Origin: Bdellovibrionales bacterium
Lineage (GTDB): Bacteria > Bdellovibrionota > Bdellovibrionia > Bdellovibrionales > UBA1609
NCBI GenBank assembly: GCA_965219095.1
Contig: CBDCMT010000001.1
Location: 896,001-960,000 of the forward strand
Direction: 5' to 3'
Length of the DNA: 64,000 nt
The translations under genes were made by a program, and so were the position numbers. The notes below the pieces were generated by a model. The model had not been told where the DNA came from. It saw only the letters and a list, made by a program, of their open reading frames with translations, and searched no databases. Positions 41,587 to 51,088 of this stretch are shown here, in pieces (the first letter of the stretch is position 1; each line of letters starts with the position of its first letter).

Positions 41587-42392
41587 AACACAGGTTTCTT
41601 AATTTTAACTTCTTCAGAGGGTTCAGATTTTGGTCTTAGAATTGTGTTGTCGGGAATGTTGGTGCCTTCCTTTAAAAGGGTATGAGGTGGAATGATACAA
41701 TTAGTACCAATATTTACATTATTTTCAATAACCACATAAGAAGAAATACAGGACATAGCTCCTATGAAAACATGATCTTTAATTTCAACCGATTTAGAAA
41801 TAGAAACATCAGCTTGGATGAAAACATGGTTTCCAATATTTGTTCCTGGGCCTACCTTGCTGAGCCCTCCTAAAACAGTAAAATCTCCTATGCGAATGGT
41901 TCCTGTTTTTAAAACTCCATTTTTAGGAACAAGAGAACTTGCAAGAATTGTTTTTTCACCTAAAACAGATTTTTTACCTAAGTAAAGAAGGTTAGGATCC
42001 ATAATTTGAGAGTTTGTTGAAATGTGAGCTGTTCTATGTACATAAGCTCCTAAAGCTCTAAGAATAAAAATTTGAAGAAAGGAGTTTAAAAAAAGAATGG
42101 GTTGAAAAAGGGTTAAATAAAATTGAGAAGAAACTCTTCTTAAAGTCCAAAAAATATACTCTTTATTACTGGCATCAAAAAGAGAGTATTTACCAGGTTT
42201 TAAGGGAGGAAGAAACCAACTTAACAAAGAAAAAGGAATGAGCATAAAGAAAGGAATAAAAATACAAGAAAGGGGTATAGACCAGAAAAGATGATAACCT
42301 GAAGTCAAAAAAAAAGCCGAAAGAACAGGCAGAAGAGCAAAAAAAGAGGCTATAAAGAACCCAAAGAAAAAAATGATATTAAGGAGCAACAT
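41577..42392 (-). CDS. Membrane-anchored hexapeptide-repeat (left-handed beta-helix) acyltransferase-like protein
   Basis: Two TM helices, LRALGA.V, multiple IG..V.I repeats. Confidence 0.75.
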   Translation of the reverse strand: MLLLNIIFFFGFFIASFFALLPVLSAFFLTSGYHLFWSIPLSCIFIPFFMLIPFSLLSWFLPPLKPGKYSLFDASNKEYIFWTLRRVSSQFYLTLFQPILFLNSFLQIFILRALGAYVHRTAHISTNSQIMDPNLLYLGKKSVLGEKTILASSLVPKNGVLKTGTIRIGDFTVLGGLSKVGPGTNIGNHVFIQADVSISKSVEIKDHVFIGAMSCISSYVVIENNVNIGTNCIIPPHTLLKEGTNIPDNTILRPKSEPSEEVKIKKPVLWT

Positions 42393-42506
42393 ATTATTAT
42401 TCTGGTGCTTCGTAAAGCTTATGTCAAACTTTCATACCAGACCTAAGCCTTATATAATAAAGACGTTTTCAAGAAAGAACGATACTCTATAAAAAGTTAG
42501 AAAATC

Positions 42507-43529
42507 TTAATTTCTTGAAATCTTTGTTCTAAAATTTTTTTCTTTTTGATAAGCCACATTAGAATCGCAGTAGTTGTTAAAGTAAAATTCAAGAAGCTCA
42601 GGCTCAATATAAATGGCTGTGTTTTTAAAAGATTCCTTTCTTTCATATTCAGAAGAGTAAATGATCTCACCTGCCTCTGCTCTGTCTCGAACTTCATCAC
42701 TAGCAACTACGAGTCTTTCTCCTTGATAAACAAAAAAAGCTCTTTTATTATGACACTTAAGATTTATAAAAGACCCTGACATACCAAGTAAGAGAGGACA
42801 TCTATGGCCTAATTTTCTTTTGATCACTCCTTCATTTCTTCGTATTTTCATCCAACTAAGATTGTGGCAAGTATGGCTTTGTATGTAATCTTTTCTAGTT
42901 TTAGGTTCATTTTTTTTCATCTTTTTTAAATGAGGTTTTGTTAAAACTGAAGTAATTCTTGCTTGAAGATAGGGGTCTTTAAAGCAGGAATCTAAGTCTT
43001 CTTTGTTTGCTACCTTGTCTATATCGATCTCAAAAACAGGGATATTGCCTTTTTTGCGGTATCGTATCGGCATAGGAATCAGGGCTTGATCCACTCCTGA
43101 ATGATGAAATTCATCCTCCAGAACATAATCAGGACTCACAAGACAGTTGTGAGGCTTAAGACATTTTTCTTGAAGAGAGGAGATCTTCTTTCTTGGAATA
43201 CGAAAAGTACCTTTATAATTAATAATCCTAATGAGCTTAAAATCCTTTTCAGGTGCCACACAATGACCTGCTGTAAGAAGAAGAGGGTCTTTACACTTTT
43301 TTTCTCCTCTTTTAAGTCTTATCACAAGTCCTGAACAAGTGCCTGCTCCTATCACTCTTACAGTAGCCTTTCTGATGTTTTCATCAACAGGGGTGTTGAA
43401 AAAATGACAGGGCGGGTGAGGACAAAAAAGAGTTACTATGGGATTAAGTTTTGAGAAGGGATTTTCTTCATCACAAGCCTCTAAGAGGATGGGAAGAAAG
43501 ATAAGAAAAAAAAGAATCAAAAACCTCAT
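42507..43529 (-). CDS. Trypsin-like (S1) serine protease, putative lipoprotein
   Basis: LEAC lipobox-like site; CSG, LLTAGHCV (His), VDQALI (Asp), GMSGS (Ser). Confidence 0.75.
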   Translation of the reverse strand: MRFLILFFLIFLPILLEACDEENPFSKLNPIVTLFCPHPPCHFFNTPVDENIRKATVRVIGAGTCSGLVIRLKRGEKKCKDPLLLTAGHCVAPEKDFKLIRIINYKGTFRIPRKKISSLQEKCLKPHNCLVSPDYVLEDEFHHSGVDQALIPMPIRYRKKGNIPVFEIDIDKVANKEDLDSCFKDPYLQARITSVLTKPHLKKMKKNEPKTRKDYIQSHTCHNLSWMKIRRNEGVIKRKLGHRCPLLLGMSGSFINLKCHNKRAFFVYQGERLVVASDEVRDRAEAGEIIYSSEYERKESFKNTAIYIEPELLEFYFNNYCDSNVAYQKEKNFRTKISRN

Positions 43530-43577
43530 ACTTAAGTTCTATTTTAACATGTAAAGAGGGCTAAAAATAAAGATTTT

Positions 43578-45092
43578 TTAATGCTCATACTTACAATCAA
43601 AAAGTTGGCCTTTCAGACAGATAGTTCTTAAAACTTCATTGTTTTTTTCAATTAAGTCTATGTAGTAGGGAAGGTAATCGATCTTGCTCTTTGTTTGAGT
43701 TGCACTTCCTGAAAGGCCTCTGTCTTTATTCAATAAGGATCTAAGTTCCTCAGCTAAGTTTTTTTTCTTATCTCTTTTAAAGGAGGTGGTTTTTTTGATT
43801 TGAGAAGGAGGAATTTTAAAGCCTATGTAATTTTTACGAAATTCTGCTTGTTTATTAAAGCCCTTTCCTAAAACCCTGCTCTCTTCTTCTGAAAGATAGG
43901 AGTTTTGTTTTGTTTCAGGTGAGGTAGGTTTTGAGAAGGGCTGGGAGTTAAGAAGAGATCCGCTACTGTGGGCTTTTCCTTTGTTAAGGCCTGTGAGTGA
44001 GTTTTGAGAGGCTTTAGGTTGTAGATTTTTATCATTAGGTAAAGAAAGAAGAGGGGAATCATAATCATAGGAAGACTTATGCTGAATATTTTTTACTCTT
44101 CTAGCTGTATCTGGAGGAAGAAGGCTAAAAGAGGGCTTTGGGTATTTTTTACCTTTGTGTCGAGCTTGATTTAACAAACCTTTAGATAAAGTAAGAGCAC
44201 AGGCTATGTTTTTTGCAGAACTCTGATGGCTTGATTTTTCTTGCTTCACCAGTTTGTTTCGGGAAACTTCGTTATTGGCACATTCCGATAAATACTCCGT
44301 ATCAACATTACCACAAACCTTTTGACACTCATTGATAGCTCTTGTGCAAGCTGTATGGTGTGAGTTTGTATCGTATCTTAGAACAGCAGAGTTCACAGCC
44401 CCTTGAGAGCAGGAAGCTAGAGTGCCCATGGTGCCTGCAGCAGAAAGAGCAGGGTCTTTGGAGAAGGTAAGCAACATAGCACCTAAGCTTCCTAGAGTGG
44501 GCATGATTTTAACTTCTGTGGCTTGGTTGAGAGCTTGAGTGAACTCTTCTCCGCATTGAGCATCGGAAGAACAGCAGTTTTGAGTTTCTGTGATCTTTTG
44601 TTGGCAGAGTTGTTGAGTGGTTGCCATTTTTTCGGTGTTTTCTATACAAACACCATCAGTAAGTGTTTGGTTTTCATCATCACAAACGCAAACCCCTTCT
44701 TTGCGTGAAGAATTTTCAGGACAAGAAAGAAAACAACTAATAGTCCCGTTATCAAAGTCGTCAGAACAAGCTTTATAACAACAATTACCTCTTTTTTTGT
44801 ACCCTTCTTTACAAACAGATCCGCTTGAATCAGGTTTCGAAAATATCAAAACACCGTTAGGGTCATGATGATAACCTGGACTACTGGGATCATTCATGCA
44901 CCTTGATATTACCATATTAAATCTTTCTCCCTCAGGACAGAAGTAGCATCCACTTTTTCCAAAACTTTCTTGAACTAAAAAAATACCCAAAAGAAAAAGA
45001 AGAAAACTTAAAATATTTATGAAAAAGTGCTGTTTTCTCTTTACTCTTCTATTTTTTGAAAAAATTCTATTATAAAACAAAATGAAGTTCAT
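43578..45092 (-). CDS. Cys-rich secreted hypothetical protein
   Basis: Hydrophobic signal, many Cys (CPENSSRKEGVCVC...GVC), low-complexity C-terminal half. Confidence 0.7.
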   Translation of the reverse strand: MNFILFYNRIFSKNRRVKRKQHFFINILSFLLFLLGIFLVQESFGKSGCYFCPEGERFNMVISRCMNDPSSPGYHHDPNGVLIFSKPDSSGSVCKEGYKKRGNCCYKACSDDFDNGTISCFLSCPENSSRKEGVCVCDDENQTLTDGVCIENTEKMATTQQLCQQKITETQNCCSSDAQCGEEFTQALNQATEVKIMPTLGSLGAMLLTFSKDPALSAAGTMGTLASCSQGAVNSAVLRYDTNSHHTACTRAINECQKVCGNVDTEYLSECANNEVSRNKLVKQEKSSHQSSAKNIACALTLSKGLLNQARHKGKKYPKPSFSLLPPDTARRVKNIQHKSSYDYDSPLLSLPNDKNLQPKASQNSLTGLNKGKAHSSGSLLNSQPFSKPTSPETKQNSYLSEEESRVLGKGFNKQAEFRKNYIGFKIPPSQIKKTTSFKRDKKKNLAEELRSLLNKDRGLSGSATQTKSKIDYLPYYIDLIEKNNEVLRTICLKGQLFDCKYEH

Positions 45093-45318
45093 ATAGTTTT
45101 TTCGACAAAAGTCTATAAAAACTTAAATGAAAGTGTTTCATTTTGATACAAAAAGACCCTCAAGATGACCTTGCTTTTTCGTAACTCGGTTATCTGACCG
45201 CCCTATCCAAGCTTAAATTTCTCTTATAAGTTTTTCTTAGAGGGAGGATTTTATGGAAGAAGGGATTAATTTCTGTAATTGGTATTATCTCAATTTTTCA
45301 TAAAAGACTCAGTACGTA

Positions 45319-45645
45319 ACCCGAGTTTCGACTTTTTTCAGGACTAAAGGCTAGCTGATATAAACAAACATCAAATTAAATATAGAAAATAAATTGATTC
45401 CCTTAATTGATTCCCTTATTTGACAAGTTGATGTTGAAAAAACGTTCTGTTGTGGAGGTCAGTGATTGGAGTGTTAAAAGGAGAGTTTCATCTTGAGCAT
45501 TTCGCCATCGTAGCCCACAAAACTTTGTCATCAATCTTTTAGGTACTCTCATCTCGTACTTACTTAAAACCTAAAAAACCCTCCATTCAACTTAGAACTC
45601 AAGAACAGAGGCCTCTGAAAAATATATAAAAGTCAAAACTCGGGT
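45319..45645 (+). mobile_element. Internally deleted IS982-family element
   Basis: IRs ACCCGAGTTT(C/T)GACT; interior encodes frameshifted DKLMLKKRSVVE and HLEH..RHRSPQNFVIN...KPKKPS, like IS982 transposase C-termini. Confidence 0.75.
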
Positions 45646-45936
45646 TATGTACGTGGATTTTTTGCGGTTGGGTAGAGCGGAAAATCTATGCACCACTTTT
45701 TGAGCTGAAAAAAGAACAGTTTAGAAAGTTTAAGGCTTCTAAACAAAGGAAAACTGAACATGACGTATTTTTTTATTAAAGAGTTTAACAAAAATGTTCG
45801 GATGCCATGCGTTAACAATGTCGAGTTAATTTATTTTTGGATTTGGATTTTTTTAATGCTTTTTTCAATTGTTTTAAAAGTTGTGTTTTATGTGAATTTA
45901 ATGTAAAAAATTCATGTCTAGATAGGTAAGGAGAAC

Positions 45937-46554
45937 GTGAATATGAGATCTATTTTTATTTATTTTTTGTTTTTATTTATGGTTCCTTTTTCCGTTCACG
46001 GTATAAAAGTAGGTACGTATTTCGTTGGCTTTGATTGGGTAAACTTTCATGAAGTGGATAAAAACCAACTCTATCGAGCAGCCCAAATGGATCCAAAGAT
46101 ATTGCAGGAGACTATAGAAGACTATGGCATTCAGACGGTAATAAATTTAAGAGGAGCAAAAGAACATAAGAAATGGTACCGAAAAGAGGTGCAAGTAGTG
46201 GAGGATACGGGTGTTGAGTATATTAGCATTAGAATGAGGGCAGGGACTCTTCCTAGAAAGGAAAACTTGGTGGAGCTTTTAGATGCATATAGGAGTGCTC
46301 CTAAGCCTATTTTAATTCACTGTGAGTCGGGAGCAGATAGAACAGGAGAAGCTGCAGCTCTTTACCAGATAGAACATATGAATATTAGCAAAAAAAAAGC
46401 TTCTAAGAAGTCCCTTTCTATGTACTATGCTCATATTGCTTTCCTTTGGCCAGCAAAAAAGTATTTTGTGGAAGAAGTGTATCAGGACTATAGGTGGGCT
46501 GTCGAAGAATATGATCCTTGTGCATACTCTTTTGCTCCTAGTAGTTGTGAGTGA
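45937..46554 (+). CDS. Secreted protein-tyrosine/dual-specificity phosphatase family protein
   Basis: Signal peptide, LYRAAQ, TVINLRG, HCESGADRTG. Confidence 0.88.
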   Translation: MNMRSIFIYFLFLFMVPFSVHGIKVGTYFVGFDWVNFHEVDKNQLYRAAQMDPKILQETIEDYGIQTVINLRGAKEHKKWYRKEVQVVEDTGVEYISIRMRAGTLPRKENLVELLDAYRSAPKPILIHCESGADRTGEAAALYQIEHMNISKKKASKKSLSMYYAHIAFLWPAKKYFVEEVYQDYRWAVEEYDPCAYSFAPSSCE

Positions 46555-46581
46555 AAACCTGTGAGCCTGTAAAGAATCGTT

Positions 46582-47373
46582 TTAAACTGATCTTTTTTCT
46601 AAAACTTCTTCTTGTTTGAAAAAAGATTTTAATCGTACTCTAAGCTTCTGAATGGCTTGAGCATGAAGCTGTGACACACGACTTTCTGTAACTCTTAAGA
46701 CTTGTCCAATTTCTTTTAATCTTAGTTCTTCGTAGTAATACAGAACTAAGACAAGCCTTTGTCTTTCAGGAAGTTCATTGAGTACTCTTGTAAGAATTCT
46801 TTGCAAAGCTGTCATATCAAGAGATAGATGAGGGTTACTCATCTTACAAACTTCTAAAATGCTCATAAGAGACTTTTTATCCACGTTGCTGTAGGTTGAA
46901 GGTTCATCAATTGATAAAATACTGATCGGCCTAACTGCATTAACTAGTTCGTAATACTGATCAAGACTTAAGTTCATATAATCAGCAATTTCTTGATCAG
47001 TAACATATCTTCCTTTTTCCATTTCTAAATCAGAAACAGTTTTATCTAAGTGCTTAGCTTTATCTCTCAAAGAACGAGGAACCCAGTCCTTAGATCTTAA
47101 TTCATCTAAAATTGCTCCACGAATACGAAACTCAGCATAGGTTTTAAACTTGTTTTTTCTTTCAGGATCGTATTTTTTCACAGCATCCATAAGCCCTATA
47201 ATACCACTGGAAATAAGATCATCGAGTTCAATGTTAGATGGCAATCTTAAAGCGATCTTTTGAGCCACAAACCTTACAATAGGTGCATACTCTAAGATAA
47301 TGTCTTCTAGATCCTTGTCTGTAAGCTCTTTATTCTCCTTGAGTTTTTTCTCTAAAAGATCTCTTTTTGACAC
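46582..47373 (-). CDS. fliA: Sigma-28 (FliA/WhiG family)
   Basis: RLPSNIELDDLIS.G.IGL, FKTYAEFRIRGAILDELR..DWVPRS, VTESRVSQLH. Confidence 0.96.
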   Translation of the reverse strand: MSKRDLLEKKLKENKELTDKDLEDIILEYAPIVRFVAQKIALRLPSNIELDDLISSGIIGLMDAVKKYDPERKNKFKTYAEFRIRGAILDELRSKDWVPRSLRDKAKHLDKTVSDLEMEKGRYVTDQEIADYMNLSLDQYYELVNAVRPISILSIDEPSTYSNVDKKSLMSILEVCKMSNPHLSLDMTALQRILTRVLNELPERQRLVLVLYYYEELRLKEIGQVLRVTESRVSQLHAQAIQKLRVRLKSFFKQEEVLEKRSV

Positions 47374-47520
47374 AACTCCCCCCCTTTCTATAAGTTTAAA
47401 AAGAAATTTATAAAATTAAAAGTCCTGAACAAGGCTAGAATCTATCTAGACAACAGCCTAGAAGCTATAACCTACTTAATATATGTCATTTTTTTAATTT
47501 TTAAGATTTTTTTGTGTTTT

Positions 47521-48672
47521 TTAAAGCATCTCATTATGAGACACTTTTGGGCTTTTAGATAAAAAGTTATTTTTAAAATCTGCGAATTCAAAAATCAAAC
47601 TGACAAGCCTTTCTTTTTGAGCTTTTTCAAAGCTATGGGGAATTTCAGGGCCTGAACTAAAGGAATGAAGGGGGCTTTGAAAGTATCTTTGAAAGTTGAA
47701 CATCATACCATAGTTATGCACTTGATCTAGATAAGAAAAGATCACATCATCAAAGCAAAAAAGAGCTTTATAGCGACCAGCTGTCTTGAAGCCTTGTTCT
47801 TCCTTTTCTTTTAAAGACTGAACAAAATGTACAGTGTATCTTATATTTTCAGGGGGAAGAAGACGCTTTAAGGAGCAATAAGCTAACTCATCTTCTAAAT
47901 CATAACTGGGACAATCCGTTAAAATGCAATCAAAATGCTTGAGCTTTTCATAAGCCTTATACCAATCTGAGGGCTTGCGAATCACTCCAAAGGGAACTTC
48001 TAGAGCTTGAGCATGGCGTTTTAATTGTTCAGTATTCTCTTCACATAAAGACAAAATCCCTATTTTCTTTCTTTGTTTTTTAAGTGCATAAGCATATTTA
48101 ATTAAGCAAGTAGTTTTTCCGCTTTTTTCACCTCCAACAAAGCACTGAAAAAGGTTTTTGTCAGAATTTGCTATCTCTATTTGACTCATAATATACTTAC
48201 AGACTTGAGCTTTCACTAAAGATATATTTCTTAAAAGATGTCTTGGCGTTGTCGCTTCAACAGATTTGACAATTTCAAAAGAGTACTCTGGACGAATGCC
48301 AGAGCAAATCATCTGTTTAAAAATTTTTTCAACCAACCTTGAAGGATCGTAATTAGAGTCATTTTTCTGAATATGATAGTTTTTTAAATGAGACTTTAAA
48401 ATAGAAAGCTCTTTTTGTAGCTTCAAAAAACCCTGTTTTTCTTCTTTTTGTTTTTCCTGCTCCATAAGATAATTATAAGAAAGTGCTTGTGGGGAGGTTT
48501 TTAGAGCCTTTTTATGATCCACAGCAGTGACTTCAACGCTTCTCTCCCCTGCTAAACCAAAAGTTTTTTTGTATTCTTTTATAGAAAGTACAATAGCCTC
48601 ACTTCCCATTTCTTTTTTTACAAGGCAAAGTGCATCCTTTAAACTCTTTGCTTCAAATTTTCGAATCTTCAT
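47521..48672 (-). CDS. flhF: FlhF-like protein with degenerate GTPase motifs
   Basis: MKIRKFEA..L..AL..VK.EMG.EAIVLS N-terminus; GGEKSGKTT; position after flhA. Confidence 0.85.
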   Translation of the reverse strand: MKIRKFEAKSLKDALCLVKKEMGSEAIVLSIKEYKKTFGLAGERSVEVTAVDHKKALKTSPQALSYNYLMEQEKQKEEKQGFLKLQKELSILKSHLKNYHIQKNDSNYDPSRLVEKIFKQMICSGIRPEYSFEIVKSVEATTPRHLLRNISLVKAQVCKYIMSQIEIANSDKNLFQCFVGGEKSGKTTCLIKYAYALKKQRKKIGILSLCEENTEQLKRHAQALEVPFGVIRKPSDWYKAYEKLKHFDCILTDCPSYDLEDELAYCSLKRLLPPENIRYTVHFVQSLKEKEEQGFKTAGRYKALFCFDDVIFSYLDQVHNYGMMFNFQRYFQSPLHSFSSGPEIPHSFEKAQKERLVSLIFEFADFKNNFLSKSPKVSHNEML

Positions 48673-50431
48673 CTTGTTTTAGCTTTTGAGAACTCCTCTT
48701 TATTCTTTCTTTAACATTTTTTAAAAGCTCTTCTTGATTTGAAGAAAACTCTATTTCCTCAGAAATAATTTCAAAAATCATAAAAGCTTCTCTAATAGAG
48801 CCTTCCTCTTCCAATAAAGTTTTTAAAATATAAAAAAGCTGTGTCATAGAAATTTTTTCAGGAATCAATTCAGAACACATATAAGGCTGATCTATCTTGA
48901 TTCTTTCAAACCATTTTTTAGCCTCTAAACGAGTAAAAAGCAAAGCCGCATGGGTCTGCAAAACATGTTTTATGCGATAAGACAGCACTTGTTCAGGTTG
49001 AAAAACACGACATCCTTGAAGGGATGCTTTTTTTTCATCATCTTTAGAAATCCAATAGCTGGGAAGCCCCCAAATAGGTTCACTTGATTCAAAGCCGCAA
49101 AAAAACTCCAAATGCCTCTCATCCTCTATTAGAACAAGAAGTCTTCTTACAGGAATTCTTTCTTCGTAAATTACTTTTCCTTTGATAAAAAGTCTTACTT
49201 CTCCTGTTTTTAAATCCAAATTATCTCTTATTTGAATAAAAGGAATTTTATACCCCATGGAACGGCACAATTCTTTGCGCACACGAGAGAGTTCATGTAA
49301 AAAAGAAGATAGACAAGGAGTCCAATCATACGACATCTGTATTTCTAAAGGACTTGTGCTAATAAGCAAATGATCTTGTTTTTCACTTTGTAAAAAAGTA
49401 GATGAAGATTTTTTTTCTAATTGTTTTATAGATCTTAAGAGAAAGGGGGGCTTTCTTATTTCCGAAACCTCACTTTCTTTCTTAAAAGATGAGAGATAGG
49501 CTATAAGAAATAAACTGACAGAGGTTGTCATAAACAGAAAAACCGGAACTCCTGGTAAAAGACCTATGAACATCAAAATAAAGGCTACAGAATAAATAGT
49601 TTTAGATTGAAAAAGCTCTTTACTTAAAGTTTTAAGCAAGGTCTGAGAGCGACGACTTCCTGTAATTAGGATACCTGCTGAAATGGAAATTAAAACAGCC
49701 GGTATCTGATTGGCCAAACCGTCTCCTATAGTCAACATAGTGTAATGATTTGAAGACTCAGAGAAACTCAAGCCTTTTTGAAAAACACCAATAACAATAC
49801 CTCCTACAAGATTTAGAGCCATAATACAGAGGCTTGCTATAGCATCTCCCCTCAAAAATTTACTAGCACCATCCATAGCTCCATAAAAATCAGATTCTCT
49901 TTCAAGATTTTCTCTTTTCTTCTGTGCTTGTTCTTCTGTAAGATGGCCTGCTTTAAGTTCTGATTCAATAGACATTTGTTTTCCTGGTAAAGCATCAAGT
50001 GTAAAACGAGCTACAACCTCTGCAACTCTCTGAGATCCATTAGAAATCACAATAAAATTTACAAGAACAAGGGTTAGAAAAATCACAAAACCAATGACAA
50101 TATTATTATCACTCACAAGATAACCAAAAAAAGAAATAATTGATCCCACAGCTTCTGTTCCATAATGGCCTTCTGTGAGAATCTTCCGTGTCGAAGCCAC
50201 ATTCAAACAAAGTCTAAAAAAAGTTGTCAAAAGCAATAGCACAGGAAAGACGCTAAAATGAGAAAAATTTTCTGATTTGACCGTCACAATAAGAACGAAC
50301 AAAGAAAAAGTCAAAGACATCATTAGGCCTATGTCTAAGGCTAAAGAGGAAACGGGAAATAGCATAAAGAATAAAGAACTTATGAAAAGGCCTATCATAA
50401 ACATCTCTAAGAACTGAAATCTTTTGATCAT
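48653..50431 (-). CDS. flhA: Flagellar export gate protein FlhA, C-terminally shortened
   Basis: RL.LNVASTR, RVAEV.ARFTLDALPGKQM, FYGAMDGASKF.RGDA, LTIGDGL..QIPA, IRDN; 592 aa. Confidence 0.93.
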   Translation of the reverse strand: MIKRFQFLEMFMIGLFISSLFFMLFPVSSLALDIGLMMSLTFSLFVLIVTVKSENFSHFSVFPVLLLLTTFFRLCLNVASTRKILTEGHYGTEAVGSIISFFGYLVSDNNIVIGFVIFLTLVLVNFIVISNGSQRVAEVVARFTLDALPGKQMSIESELKAGHLTEEQAQKKRENLERESDFYGAMDGASKFLRGDAIASLCIMALNLVGGIVIGVFQKGLSFSESSNHYTMLTIGDGLANQIPAVLISISAGILITGSRRSQTLLKTLSKELFQSKTIYSVAFILMFIGLLPGVPVFLFMTTSVSLFLIAYLSSFKKESEVSEIRKPPFLLRSIKQLEKKSSSTFLQSEKQDHLLISTSPLEIQMSYDWTPCLSSFLHELSRVRKELCRSMGYKIPFIQIRDNLDLKTGEVRLFIKGKVIYEERIPVRRLLVLIEDERHLEFFCGFESSEPIWGLPSYWISKDDEKKASLQGCRVFQPEQVLSYRIKHVLQTHAALLFTRLEAKKWFERIKIDQPYMCSELIPEKISMTQLFYILKTLLEEEGSIREAFMIFEIISEEIEFSSNQEELLKNVKERIKRSSQKLKQDEDSKI

Positions 50432-51087
50432 TTTCTATTCCTCATTTTGTTTTTTATGAAACTCCACCGACCAGCTTCTTTCATTTCCCTTCTAGCTTCG
50501 TAATAAGAGACAAGGAGATCTTTTTGATACTCATAGTAGGAACAAATCTGATCTAAGGCAGATGATAGAAAAGACATTCCTAAGAAGAAAATTAGAATAT
50601 AAAAGATAGATGTTTTTACAAAAGTAATTTGATCTTCTATAGAAGAGGTTGCAAAAAGTCCAAGCTCTAAAGAAAGCAAATAATTTATAAGAATGACAAC
50701 TAAAATCATGAAAAGGATCCACTGAAAGAGAAGAGAGATAAGCTTTTCTTTGTTTTCTAATTTCAACTTTATAGGCTTAAAAAAACTTTTCTTAAAATGA
50801 AAACCTTTAGTAAAATGCTGGAAAAGAAAATGCATAACCCAAAAACTTACAAAGGGACTTAAGATTAACAAAAGATCCGAAAAACTTATGAATAACATTT
50901 TATTCCAAGACCTAGGATCTATAGATTGTTTTAAAATTTCGATAATTTTTGAAAAATAAATATCAGAAAACTTCATAAAAAAAATAAGCAAAAGAAAGCT
51001 AAAAACAGTTGACCAAGAACGAGAAAAAAGCTCTCTTTTTTCTTCTTTAAATTGCTTTTCCTTTAAAAAACTTTTATACTGTTTCAT
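50428..51087 (-). CDS. flhB: Highly diverged FlhB lacking the cytoplasmic switch domain
   Basis: Four hydrophobic segments, ends with D...YEYQKDL.VS..E.RREMKE-like linker; between fliR and flhA; no NPTH. Confidence 0.75.
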   Translation of the reverse strand: MKQYKSFLKEKQFKEEKRELFSRSWSTVFSFLLLIFFMKFSDIYFSKIIEILKQSIDPRSWNKMLFISFSDLLLILSPFVSFWVMHFLFQHFTKGFHFKKSFFKPIKLKLENKEKLISLLFQWILFMILVVILINYLLSLELGLFATSSIEDQITFVKTSIFYILIFFLGMSFLSSALDQICSYYEYQKDLLVSYYEARREMKEAGRWSFIKNKMRNRK

Positions 51088-51088
51088 A

